Assembly (NCBI GenBank): GCA_033723415.1
Contig: JAWVXD010000002.1
Coordinates: 128,001-192,000 of the forward strand
Length of the DNA stretch: 64,000 bases
Reading direction: 5' to 3'
Source: Sulfurospirillaceae bacterium
Lineage (GTDB): Bacteria > Campylobacterota > Campylobacteria > Campylobacterales > Sulfurospirillaceae
Position 1 is the stretch's first letter. Each line of letters starts with the position of its first letter. This document shows positions 1 to 9,884 of this stretch, piece by piece. The notes beneath the pieces were generated by a model. That model did no database searches, was not told where the DNA came from, and worked only from the letters and a program-made list of their open reading frames with translations. The position numbers and the translations under genes were made by a program.

Positions 1-731
1 AGCTTTGCTATTTCCGCATTATTATATTCTTTTGGGATTATAAAATTTTTATCTTCAAGTAATTTATCCATGGCTTCAAGTTTATATAGTAACAGATCAC
101 TTTTGAATATGCTGTTTGGATATTTGTTAAGAGTGCGATCGACATCTCTTATGGTGTCCTCATACTCTTTTTTGTTATACTCTTTTTGAATCTCCAAATA
201 ATAATTTATATCCTCGCTTGCTGCATATGATATAGGCGCTCCGTTTAAATCAACTGAACCTATATATGGCATTTTGTATTTTGTATAAGTGATTGGGAAG
301 TTTATACCTTCAGTATGTTCATTTTTGCCAAATGGCGGTTTTGTATATAATAATACCGCCCAATGTTTTGCTTTTTGTTTTTGATCTGACTTATTAACAT
401 TTTCTGTTTCATACAAAGGTTTTTGCAAAGAGATAAGTCTAGACGATACTTTAGGATCTATCTTAATATAGAATTTATCTTTCTTCTCAATAAAATCTAT
501 ATCCGCCAACTTTAGCTTTTTTCTTTTTATTTTACTACCTATAGTCTTATTAAACATGCAAATATAGTCTTTTTTATCAAGAGGCAAAGGTATAGTCTTA
601 CACTCTATTGGCTCGTCGTCAATAATATGCAGAATCGCATACGCAGAACCATTCTCTTTTGCACTATTTAAAAAGATATTTAAAGCAAAAATTTGAATGC
701 TTGTAAAAAGTATAAGAAGTATAAATTTCAT
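1..731 (-). CDS. pflA: Paralysed flagella protein A (flagellar motor scaffold, TPR-containing), 5' part; runs off the window edge
   Basis: Not in the ORF track. Read by eye from ATG at 731: MKFILLILFTSIQIFALNIFLNSAKENGSAYAILHI...PYIGSVDLNGAPI..., a signal peptide plus PflA-like N-terminus. pflA lies just downstream of nuoN in Campylobacter. Confidence 0.75.
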   Translation of the reverse strand, partial: MKFILLILFTSIQIFALNIFLNSAKENGSAYAILHIIDDEPIECKTIPLPLDKKDYICMFNKTIGSKIKRKKLKLADIDFIEKKDKFYIKIDPKVSSRLISLQKPLYETENVNKSDQKQKAKHWAVLLYTKPPFGKNEHTEGINFPITYTKYKMPYIGSVDLNGAPISYAASEDINYYLEIQKEYNKKEYEDTIRDVDRTLNKYPNSIFKSDLLLYKLEAMDKLLEDKNFIIPKEYNNAEIAK

Positions 732-764
732 AGTATTATTATAACATATAATCTAATCAATATA

Positions 765-1400
765 TTATTCAAACATGAGCCAGACACCAACACCTGCCAT
801 AAGTAAGCCTGCGATTTTATTTAAGAGTTTTACATTGTCTCTTTTTTGCAAAAATCTTTTCAGACTATTTCCTCCACTGGCATATATGACCAGACAGGTA
901 AACTCTAAAAATAAGATTATGAATAATAAAACCGAAATTTGAGGTATCAGAGGTTGATCTTGTTGTATAAAAGGAGGAAGTAAAGAGATAAAAAATGCCC
1001 ATCCTTTTGGATTTGCTATGGCTGTAATAAAACCTTGAAATGCCAAATCTTTATTTGATATATTTGTAAACCTTGAAGTACCACATTCAGAAAGTGCCAA
1101 CTTGCCCTTGCTTCTAAGCATCATGACACCTAGATAGATCAAATAAGCCCCTCCTATATATTTTAGTACTACAAATACTTCAGGATATTGCAGCATGACA
1201 GCAGATACCCCGATAACAGAAGATAAAGCAACGATTCCGACACCTATAAGTTCTCCAGCCATCATAGAGAATGTTCTTTTTATACCGATACTCATACCCA
1301 AACTCATAGCAAGTGTCATACACATACCAGGGGTCAATGAAACTAGAAAAAATGTAGGCACAAAAACAGCCAAAACAGAAAAACTCAAAGTAGTCGTCAA
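765..1400 (-). CDS. LysE/RhtB family amino acid exporter
   Basis: TPG motif near N-terminus, LKYIGGAYLIYLG, ANPK motif, about 6 TM segments. Confidence 0.9.
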   Translation of the reverse strand: MTTTLSFSVLAVFVPTFFLVSLTPGMCMTLAMSLGMSIGIKRTFSMMAGELIGVGIVALSSVIGVSAVMLQYPEVFVVLKYIGGAYLIYLGVMMLRSKGKLALSECGTSRFTNISNKDLAFQGFITAIANPKGWAFFISLLPPFIQQDQPLIPQISVLLFIILFLEFTCLVIYASGGNSLKRFLQKRDNVKLLNKIAGLLMAGVGVWLMFE

Positions 1401-1423
1401 TTTATTATCTTTTTTATAATCTA

Positions 1424-2464
1424 CTAGTGAGTACTAGCTGCTGTGATATCATGTATGAGTTTATCAACTCTTTTTTGAGTAGAACTCCAGGAAAATACAA
1501 ATCTATTTGAAACTCCGATAAAACTGTAAAACAACCAGCCTTTTTTTCGTAATTCCACTTCAATTTCCGGCTTCATTTTCAAGAAAACTTCATTTGCATC
1601 ACACGGGAACATCAAGCTGACTCCGTGTATATTTTCTACTTTGCTAACAAAATATTTTGCCATATCATTTGCATGTTTTGCATTTTTCAACCAAACATCA
1701 TGTTCTAGTAAACCAAGCCATTGTGATGATATAAATCTCATCTTGGAAGCTAGCTGTCCTGCTTGTTTAACTCTATATTCAAAATCCTCAGCAAGCTCTT
1801 TTTTGAAAAATACAACTGCTTCTCCAAATGCCATACCGTTTTTTGTGCCGCCAAAGCTCAGAACATCAACGCCTGCCTTCCAAGTAACTTCGCTTGGTTT
1901 ACAACCTAAAGATACTATGGCATTGGCAAATCTAGCCCCATCCATATGAATTTTCAAATCATATTTATTCGCTATCTTCTTTATGGCTTTTATCTCATCT
2001 ATTGTATAAACTGATCCTACTTCATTTGATTGAGTTATGCTTATCACTTTTGGTTTAGGGTAGTGTATATCTTCACGTCTGGTAATGAGTTCCTCAATAG
2101 CAGCCGGAATAAGTTTGCCGTTTTCGCCTTTTGCCAATAATAGTTTTGAACCGTTTGATGCAAAAGCCGGAGCCCCACATTCATCTGTTTCGATATGTGC
2201 CAGCTCATGACAGATCACACTATGATAAGATTGGCTCATAGCCGCTAAAGAAAGAGAATTTGCAGCAGTGCCGTTAAAAACAAAGAAAACTTCACAATCG
2301 CACTCAAAGATCTCTCTTATCTTATCTGTTGCCATCTTTGTGTAAACATCTTCTCCATACGCTTTCATTGAACCTTCATTTGCTTTTTTCATATACTGTA
2401 GAACTTCCGGAGCTATTCCCGAGTAATTGTCGCTTGCGTATTGTTCTTCATTTTTAATTTTCAA
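1424..2464 (-). CDS. ltaE: Low-specificity L-threonine aldolase (PLP-dependent)
   Basis: ASDNY, FNGTAAN, HMDGARFANA, SFGGTKNG (PLP lysine). Confidence 0.88.
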   Translation of the reverse strand: MKIKNEEQYASDNYSGIAPEVLQYMKKANEGSMKAYGEDVYTKMATDKIREIFECDCEVFFVFNGTAANSLSLAAMSQSYHSVICHELAHIETDECGAPAFASNGSKLLLAKGENGKLIPAAIEELITRREDIHYPKPKVISITQSNEVGSVYTIDEIKAIKKIANKYDLKIHMDGARFANAIVSLGCKPSEVTWKAGVDVLSFGGTKNGMAFGEAVVFFKKELAEDFEYRVKQAGQLASKMRFISSQWLGLLEHDVWLKNAKHANDMAKYFVSKVENIHGVSLMFPCDANEVFLKMKPEIEVELRKKGWLFYSFIGVSNRFVFSWSSTQKRVDKLIHDITAASTH

Positions 2465-2498
2465 TTTATTGCCTTGTAAAAAATAAAATTACTTATTG

Positions 2499-2525
2499 TA
2501 GAGGCAAAAAAACTTCTTGCCTCTA
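2499..2525. terminator. Stem-loop just downstream of nuoN
   Basis: TAGAGGCAA...TTGCCTCTA 9-bp inverted repeat; weak U-tract on the minus strand. Confidence 0.55.
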
Positions 2526-2534
2526 TTTTATTAA

Positions 2535-4022
2535 TTAGATAAAACTTGCACCGATCAAATCTGTTATCAGTCTTAAGATAGGCTCTACAAAGATAGATGC
2601 AGTAATTGTAAAAATAATCGTTATACCTACTATCAGTTTCAAAGGAGTAGTAGTATTTGCTACATAGATATTGCCATCTTCCGTTATAGGATCTTTTAGG
2701 AACATATATACCATCAATTTCATATAGTAGTAAACTGCAATAGCACTATTTATAACCATAATCACTGCTAATAAAGAGTGCCCGCTGTTGACTACCGTAC
2801 TTAAGATATATAATTTTCCCCAAAATACCGAGAAAGGAGGCATCCCTGCCAGCGTAAACATAAAAAGGCCAAAAATCGTAGCCATCATTGGAGATACTTT
2901 GACCATACCGGAAAACTTCACAAACGGGTGCTGATATCTAGTGTCCCACAGGTTTCTTTTATGTCTTGCTATCCAAAGCATTGTAAATGCTCCCATATTG
3001 GTAAACATAAACAGTATCCAATATAAAAAGATTGCAGAATACGCTTGCGTATTTCCTACCATGATAGCAGTAAGCACAAATCCTGCATGAGCGATCGAAC
3101 TAAATGCCAACATCCTTTTGACGTCTTCTTGTACGAGTGCCGTTATATTAGCAAGTGTCATCGTTATAACAGCAACCAGTATCAAGATATTTTCAACCCA
3201 GACTATATGATGGGATAAAAATATATCAAAGAATCTAACTGCAACCACGAGACCTGCCATCTTTGGAACAACTGACATGTATCCGGCAAGCGGTGCCGAG
3301 CTTCCCTCATAAACATCAGGAAGCCAGGTATGAACAGGTACTATGGAGAGTTTGAATCCCAAAGCTATTAGCATAAAAGCTACACCTGCAAGTATTGCCA
3401 TACCAGGGGCAAAGGAATTTGCTGCCAAAGATTTAGATATGATTGAAAGTTCAATACTTCCCGTTAGGGTATAAAATATCAAAGAGGACATAGCAAAAAA
3501 GCTTGCAGCCAATGCTCCCATCGTGAAATATTTTATAGCTGCTTCAAATGCTTTGTCTCTATTGTGCATAGCAATCAGAGTATACAGAGAAAGACTGGCA
3601 GTTTCTAAACCCAAAAATATAAGTATCAGGTTGTCACTAGCTACCATAAATTGAAAACCTACTATAACAAATAAAAACAGAGCATAGTATTCGGCTTTTT
3701 TAAATTCTTTAAAAGGTTTATTACTCAATGCAGTAAGAATAAAAAGTGCTGAAGTAATCAATATTATCCCTTGTGCAAGTATCGAAATACCATCAACCAA
3801 CATTACATTGAAAAATCCTCTGTGAGGTCCGTGTATACTTAGAAGAGCGGTAAAATCTAAGAATATAAACAATAATGAATAAGCTACATAAAAACTCTTT
3901 GTCAAATTTTTTGCAAAAATATCTATACAAATAATACTAAGAGCACCGAAAGCTAAAATAGCCATAGGAGTCAGTAAATCTATATTTAAACTAGACAGAC
4001 TAATTGAGATAGGTTCTAACAT
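2535..4022 (-). CDS. nuoN: NADH:quinone oxidoreductase subunit N
   Basis: Antiporter-like membrane subunit; EAAIKYF, PVHTWLPDVYEG, KRMLAFSSIAHAG; operon position. Confidence 0.96.
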   Translation of the reverse strand: MLEPISISLSSLNIDLLTPMAILAFGALSIICIDIFAKNLTKSFYVAYSLLFIFLDFTALLSIHGPHRGFFNVMLVDGISILAQGIILITSALFILTALSNKPFKEFKKAEYYALFLFVIVGFQFMVASDNLILIFLGLETASLSLYTLIAMHNRDKAFEAAIKYFTMGALAASFFAMSSLIFYTLTGSIELSIISKSLAANSFAPGMAILAGVAFMLIALGFKLSIVPVHTWLPDVYEGSSAPLAGYMSVVPKMAGLVVAVRFFDIFLSHHIVWVENILILVAVITMTLANITALVQEDVKRMLAFSSIAHAGFVLTAIMVGNTQAYSAIFLYWILFMFTNMGAFTMLWIARHKRNLWDTRYQHPFVKFSGMVKVSPMMATIFGLFMFTLAGMPPFSVFWGKLYILSTVVNSGHSLLAVIMVINSAIAVYYYMKLMVYMFLKDPITEDGNIYVANTTTPLKLIVGITIIFTITASIFVEPILRLITDLIGASFI

Positions 4023-5548
4023 TATTTTGTCCCTCCCACGCTATTTACTTTTATCAGAAACTCTTTGGTCTCAGGCAGTAGAGCCTTATGTTCCATCAAA
4101 ATAATCATCTTTTTTACACTCATATCAATCGTACTTAATATAGGTTTAGGATAAACACCCAATATAACAACTAACGCTACAAGAGGTATTAGTGCCGCAT
4201 ATTCTCTCTTATTTAAATCTTTTAAGCTTTTATTTTCTTCATTTGTGACTTCACCAAAAAATGATTTCTTAAAAAGAACAAGCATATAAACGGCTCCCAA
4301 AATAATACCACTTCCTGCAAACATCGTCATGATCCAATTGACTTTATAAAAACCAAGTAGTGATAAAAACTCACCTACAAAGCCTATGGTCAACGGTAAT
4401 CCGACTGCAGCAAATAATATGATTCCAAATACCGTAGCATATCTAGGCATTACGGTGGCTAATCCGCCAAATTCACTCATTAGTTTTGTATGTCTTCTAT
4501 CGTATATAACTCCGACTAACATGAACAGCGCACCGCTGACAATACCATGACTTAACATCAAAAATATTGCACCTGTGATTCCCTCAGCATTGAGTGCGAA
4601 AGTTCCCAGTATGATAATCCCCATATGAGATATAGAACTGTAAGCGATAACTTGCTTCATGTCCTCTTGCGCATATGCGACCATCGCTGCATAGATAACC
4701 ATTATTATGGCTATTATTGCAATCGGATATAAAAAATATAATGATGCATCCGGGAAAAGAGGCAATGAAAATCTAATAAACGCATATGTTCCCATCTTAA
4801 GCATAACCGCTGCCAATAGAACTGAACCTATAGTAGGCGCTTGTCCATGAGCATATGGAAGCCAAGTATGAAACGGAAACATTGGAACCTTGACGGCAAA
4901 CGCCAAGAAAAATGCACCAAATAACCATAATTGTGTCGTAAATGGCAAAACTAGCAAATGCCAATCTGCAATAGCAAAACTCCATGTTCCGGTAGCCAGA
5001 AAGTATTGATATCCCAAATACAAAATACCTACTAGCATCAAAGCAGATCCTGCAAATGTATACAAGAAAAACTTAATCGCGGCATATATCCTTTGTCCGC
5101 TTCCCCAAGCACCTATGATGTAAAGCATAGGTATGAGTGAAAGCTCCCAAAAGATATAAAAAAGTATCATATCTAAGCTGAGAAAGACTCCAACCAAAGT
5201 CATTTCTAAGAACAAAACGGTAACGACAAGGTTTTTGATATCTTTTTCTATACTGAGTCCTACAAGTGCAACAAGTGTCATAAACGTACTCAGCACTACT
5301 AAGAAAAGAGAAATTCCGTCAACTCCCATATAATAATTGATACCAAATTGTGATATCAAAGGAAAATATTCTACAAATTGATACCCTGCATTGCCTGAAT
5401 CAAAGCCAACCCAAAGTGCGATAGACAATAAAAATTCTACGATAGCAACGGCTATACCGTAAACTTTGACACTGTCTTTATTTACGAAGAATCCGAATAA
5501 ACCGGCGACTAAAGGGAAAAATACGATTAGTGATAATATGTGTTCCAT
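4022..5548 (-). CDS. nuoM: Complex I subunit M
   Basis: FYIFWE, VKVPMFPFHTWLPYAH, IAYSSISHMG. Confidence 0.96.
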   Translation of the reverse strand: MEHILSLIVFFPLVAGLFGFFVNKDSVKVYGIAVAIVEFLLSIALWVGFDSGNAGYQFVEYFPLISQFGINYYMGVDGISLFLVVLSTFMTLVALVGLSIEKDIKNLVVTVLFLEMTLVGVFLSLDMILFYIFWELSLIPMLYIIGAWGSGQRIYAAIKFFLYTFAGSALMLVGILYLGYQYFLATGTWSFAIADWHLLVLPFTTQLWLFGAFFLAFAVKVPMFPFHTWLPYAHGQAPTIGSVLLAAVMLKMGTYAFIRFSLPLFPDASLYFLYPIAIIAIIMVIYAAMVAYAQEDMKQVIAYSSISHMGIIILGTFALNAEGITGAIFLMLSHGIVSGALFMLVGVIYDRRHTKLMSEFGGLATVMPRYATVFGIILFAAVGLPLTIGFVGEFLSLLGFYKVNWIMTMFAGSGIILGAVYMLVLFKKSFFGEVTNEENKSLKDLNKREYAALIPLVALVVILGVYPKPILSTIDMSVKKMIILMEHKALLPETKEFLIKVNSVGGTK

Positions 5549-5559
5549 TTCTATCCCCC

Positions 5560-7419
5560 CTACATCATCGGTCTATAAAATATTGCTAACGCTAACAATG
5601 TAACAATGCCCACTGCCATCCACCTAAGCATATCGGATAGATTTCCGCTCTGCATCTTTCTACTTTTCTGCCCCATAAAATAGAGCGTTCTTGCTATTAG
5701 ATCTACTGTAAAGTCTATAATTCTTACATCTATTTGCTTCCATGCAAATTTAGATAATGAATAATATGGTTTCAAGATTGCAACCTCATAAAATTTAGGT
5801 ATATAATATTGATTACTAAGCAGTTTGTACAGAGGTAATGTTTCTACCTGCTTACTAAAACCGCCTGTTCTATATTTGTAAATCGCATATAAAACTCCTC
5901 CTATCGCCATAGTTGAAGTTGCGACTATCAAAGCCCATTCTGTTCCGTGTGCTATATGCAATTCATATTTTGATAAAACCTTTGTAGTAAACTCTTCAAA
6001 TGGTTTTTCAAAAAATCCTGCTATTACCGATAAAATCCCTAGAGGTAAAAGTGCCCAGAGAACAAAAGGATATGTTTCGTGCGGATGAAAACCTAATTTC
6101 TTATGTACTTTCTCTCCAAAAAATACAAGCATGATCAATCTAAAGCTATAAAATGCCGTCATACCGGCACCGATAAATAAAGCAACCCATAAATAATAAG
6201 CATGCTCGTTAAATGCAGCTGCCAAGATCATGTCTTTACTAAAGAATCCGGCAAACGGATAAATACCACAAAGAGCGACAGAAGCAACACTCATCAAAAT
6301 AGCCGTATATTTCATGCTAGAAAACAAACCACCCATCTTTTTGATGTCAAGTTCGTCATCCATAGCGTGCATAACATTTCCTGCACCCAAGAATAGAAGA
6401 GATTTAAAAAATGCATGTGTCATAAGATGGAACAATGCGATCCAATAAGCACCAAGTCCCGCTGCAACAAACATATAACCAAGTTGTGATAATGTCGAAT
6501 AAGCGATGATCCGCTTAAGATCACGATTGACTAATGCCATTGAAGCTGCAAATACCGCAACAAATGCTCCAAGACTTGCGATCACATAGCCAACATTTGG
6601 AACCAAAGCAAACAGCGTACTTGCTCTAACAATCAAATAAACCCCTGCAGTTACCATCGTAGCTGCATGTATCAATGCAGAAACCGGAGTCGGACCTTCC
6701 ATAGCATCTGCCAGCCAAGTATGAAATGGAAACTGTGCAGATTTTCCCATAGCACCGACAAACAATAACAGAGCTATTGTAGTAACAACGCTTGGATTTA
6801 TATGTGCAACTCCTGAGAATACAACGCTATAACTAAATGATCCGAATTGCCAATATATTAAAAATAATCCCATAAGCATACCAAGATCTGCAACGCGGTT
6901 CATGATAAATGCTTCATTCGCTGCCCAAGAAGCACTATGTTTCTTATACCAAAATCCAATCAGCATCCAAGAACAGAGACCAACGCCTTCCCAACCTATA
7001 AAAAGTCCTACAAAATTGTCGCTCATTACCAAGATCAACATAGAAAAGACAAAGGCTGAAATATATGTAAAAAATCTATTGTATCCCACGTCATGTGCCA
7101 TATAACCCATAGAATAAATATTGACAACGGTAGAAACAAGAGTGACGGTCACCATCATGACCACAGAGACATTATCAACTGTAAATCCAAAAGGAAGTTC
7201 CAAATTCCCTGCACTTATCCACTCCATCATCTTAACGTGTAAAAAAAGTCCTTCATGTACTGCTACTAAAAGCGTAAGAGAAGATACAAAAGATATCAGA
7301 AGAAGAGCTGAAGTCATAATCCCCGTAGCGACATTTTTTTTCTGTGCCGTAAACAAAGCACTAAACAGTGATCCGGCAAGAGGTGCAAAAAGTGCTACAA
7401 ATAAATATTTTTCCATCAT
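5560..7419 (-). CDS. nuoL: Complex I subunit L
   Basis: GWEGVGLCS, GKSAQFPFHTWLADAMEGPTPVSALIHAATMV. Confidence 0.97.
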   Translation of the reverse strand: MMEKYLFVALFAPLAGSLFSALFTAQKKNVATGIMTSALLLISFVSSLTLLVAVHEGLFLHVKMMEWISAGNLELPFGFTVDNVSVVMMVTVTLVSTVVNIYSMGYMAHDVGYNRFFTYISAFVFSMLILVMSDNFVGLFIGWEGVGLCSWMLIGFWYKKHSASWAANEAFIMNRVADLGMLMGLFLIYWQFGSFSYSVVFSGVAHINPSVVTTIALLLFVGAMGKSAQFPFHTWLADAMEGPTPVSALIHAATMVTAGVYLIVRASTLFALVPNVGYVIASLGAFVAVFAASMALVNRDLKRIIAYSTLSQLGYMFVAAGLGAYWIALFHLMTHAFFKSLLFLGAGNVMHAMDDELDIKKMGGLFSSMKYTAILMSVASVALCGIYPFAGFFSKDMILAAAFNEHAYYLWVALFIGAGMTAFYSFRLIMLVFFGEKVHKKLGFHPHETYPFVLWALLPLGILSVIAGFFEKPFEEFTTKVLSKYELHIAHGTEWALIVATSTMAIGGVLYAIYKYRTGGFSKQVETLPLYKLLSNQYYIPKFYEVAILKPYYSLSKFAWKQIDVRIIDFTVDLIARTLYFMGQKSRKMQSGNLSDMLRWMAVGIVTLLALAIFYRPMM

Positions 7420-7721
7420 TACCCCTTCATCATCTGCAAGCTGTCAAGATCAATAGTACCGTTTCTTTTATACCACAGCACCAGCAATCCAAGACCTACA
7501 GCTACTTCACTTGCGGCTATTGCTATGATAAAAAATGCATAAACTTGTCCACTTAGATCTCCATAATATCTAGAAACTGCAGCAAAGCCTACATTTACGG
7601 CATTTAGCATGATTTCTGTAGAAAAAAACAACATAAGCAAATTCTTTCTTCGTAAGATTCCTACTACTCCCAATGAAAATAAGATTCCACTCAGTACTAA
7701 GTAATGTGTCAGTGTTATCAT
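7419..7721 (-). CDS. nuoK: Complex I subunit K
   Basis: 100 aa, 3 TM, EIMLNA, AASEVAVGLG. Confidence 0.96.
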   Translation of the reverse strand: MITLTHYLVLSGILFSLGVVGILRRKNLLMLFFSTEIMLNAVNVGFAAVSRYYGDLSGQVYAFFIIAIAASEVAVGLGLLVLWYKRNGTIDLDSLQMMKG

Positions 7722-8260
7722 TTTTCGCCCCTTGCTACTTCTATATGCGTTGGTGTTTCATCCATTTTTACTTTTACCAACACTATTCCTGCTATCATCG
7801 CTGCCAACAGCATAATAGCCGCTAATTCAAATGGAACAAGATATTTTGTAAAAAGGATCAAACCTATCATTTGTATATTGCTTACTCCTTCAATAGAAGG
7901 GTAAATTGCTTTGATTTTTAAAGAGTAAATAGGTGCTAGAAAAACAAAAATAGTAAAAATAGACGAAAGTATTGAGAGTGTATAGATTGTCTTTTTATAC
8001 CTTATATTTTCTTTTACGTCTCTTGTTGTATCAAAGAACATCATACCAAATGCGTATACTGCCATGATCGCACCCGTATAAACTACGATTTGAACAACTC
8101 CTAAAAACTCTGCATTTAACAAGAAGAAAAAACCCGATATAAATATCATCCCTCCGGCCAATGCACTCAAGGCATATAAAGCATTTTTGCTAAATACAAC
8201 TATGCCAAACATCCCTATAACTATAATCGAAAACGTATAAAACGCTATTGCTTCAAACAT
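7718..8260 (-). CDS. nuoJ: Complex I subunit J
   Basis: AEFLGVVQIVVYTGAI, PFELAAIMLL. Confidence 0.95.
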   Translation of the reverse strand: MFEAIAFYTFSIIVIGMFGIVVFSKNALYALSALAGGMIFISGFFFLLNAEFLGVVQIVVYTGAIMAVYAFGMMFFDTTRDVKENIRYKKTIYTLSILSSIFTIFVFLAPIYSLKIKAIYPSIEGVSNIQMIGLILFTKYLVPFELAAIMLLAAMIAGIVLVKVKMDETPTHIEVARGEK

Positions 8261-8267
8261 ATCTACC

Positions 8268-8882
8268 TCAATACGCTAATGGAGTTTTTTTAACAAATTC
8301 ATCAGCATTTTTACTTAATGCACCAAATCCCGGGAACTCTTTTTGTTGTTTAGCTTTAAAACTGTCAAGCGGCGTTAACATATCTTCTTTCAATCCAAAA
8401 CTTGCACGCTGTTCACTTGCATATTCGTATTCCGCGCCATGTACGATAGCAAGTTCCGGACAAACTTCAGCACAATAACCGCAAAATATGCATCTACCAA
8501 AATTAATACTGTACTGCGTGACTGATTTTCTGCTTTTCTTATCGACATGAGTGTCCATCCTGATACAATTTGATATACAGATCTTCTCACACAAACCACA
8601 ACCGATACAGCGTTCACTTTCACTTTCAAATAATCTCAAAAGCTTGTGAACAGCCCTGTATCTTGGACTCATTTCAAGTTTCTCCATAGGATACTGTACT
8701 GTATGAATATTGAATTTAAACATTTCTCTAAGTACTATCCAAAGTCCTACAAAAAGCTCACCCTTAACTGCTCTGTTTACTACTCGCTGAAATCTTTCCC
8801 AGCCGTTTGCAGGTTTCGGTTCACCTTCAAAATATATATATCCAGGAGTTGCATTTCTATTTTTAAATCCTCTTAATTCCAT
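8268..8882 (-). CDS. nuoI: Complex I subunit I (2x[4Fe-4S])
   Basis: [11 protein letters not shown] and [12 protein letters not shown]. Confidence 0.96.
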   Translation of the reverse strand: MELRGFKNRNATPGYIYFEGEPKPANGWERFQRVVNRAVKGELFVGLWIVLREMFKFNIHTVQYPMEKLEMSPRYRAVHKLLRLFESESERCIGCGLCEKICISNCIRMDTHVDKKSRKSVTQYSINFGRCIFCGYCAEVCPELAIVHGAEYEYASEQRASFGLKEDMLTPLDSFKAKQQKEFPGFGALSKNADEFVKKTPLAY

Positions 8883-8891
8883 TTTTTACCC

Positions 8892-9884
8892 CTAAACCAA
8901 AAATATGCCGGTAATCAGTATGTTTAAAAGTGCTAACGGCATCAAGACTTTCCAACATACCCACATAAGTTGGTCAGGTCTAATATGAGGCCAAGCTGCT
9001 CTTACCCATAAAAATAAAAATATCCAAAATGAAACTTTTATAAGCATCATCAAAGCCCCCGGTATAATCCAAAGAGGATTATACCCTCCCATAAAGATTA
9101 TACTCACCAATGCAGATATCGTGATCATATTTGCATATTCACCGATAAAAAACAGTCCCCATCTCATACCTGAGTATTCTGTCGCATAACCGGATACGAT
9201 CTCTGCTTCAAACTCTACAAGGTCAAAAGGAGTTCTATTTGTTTCGGCAAAACCGGCAATTGCAAATAAAATAAACGCTAATGGCTGTTTCCAAACAAGC
9301 CAATGCGAGATCCCGCCAATTTGATAATCATTCATATCTATCAACGAGAGTGATCCGATCATCATGATAGGAGCCAATATGGAGAGTCCGCTTACCACTT
9401 CAAAACTAAGAAGCTGGATAACTGCTCTGGCACCACCCAACAGAGACCATTTATTTGCACTACTAAGCCCTGCTAGCAGTGGTCCGTACATGCCCACAGA
9501 TGCTGCTCCCATTATAAATAGTAATCCGACATTTATATCTGACACTATAGGATGCACCGCGTATCCGAAAACTGTGAATTGTGGGAAATACGGTACAGCA
9601 GCTATAGCTACAAATGCTGAAACAACTCCTACAAGAGGTGCTAATATAAATATAGGCTTTACAGCATTTTGAGGGATGATATCCTCTTTTGTAAATAGCT
9701 TAATCCCATCAGCTGCTAATTGTAGCAAACCAAAAGGTCCGACATGCATAGGTCCAAGACGACGTTGCATAAAAGCCAAAACTTTTCTCTCTATAAATGT
9801 GGCAAATGCCCCCATGCCGGCAACAACCGCCAAAGCAATTACCGCCTTTACTATCGTTTCAATTATCAAGGCTGTTTCAATCAT
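8892..9884 (-). CDS. nuoH: Complex I subunit H
   Basis: ERKVLAFMQRRLGP, AETNRTPFDL, EYSGMRW. Confidence 0.97.
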   Translation of the reverse strand: MIETALIIETIVKAVIALAVVAGMGAFATFIERKVLAFMQRRLGPMHVGPFGLLQLAADGIKLFTKEDIIPQNAVKPIFILAPLVGVVSAFVAIAAVPYFPQFTVFGYAVHPIVSDINVGLLFIMGAASVGMYGPLLAGLSSANKWSLLGGARAVIQLLSFEVVSGLSILAPIMMIGSLSLIDMNDYQIGGISHWLVWKQPLAFILFAIAGFAETNRTPFDLVEFEAEIVSGYATEYSGMRWGLFFIGEYANMITISALVSIIFMGGYNPLWIIPGALMMLIKVSFWIFLFLWVRAAWPHIRPDQLMWVCWKVLMPLALLNILITGIFLV

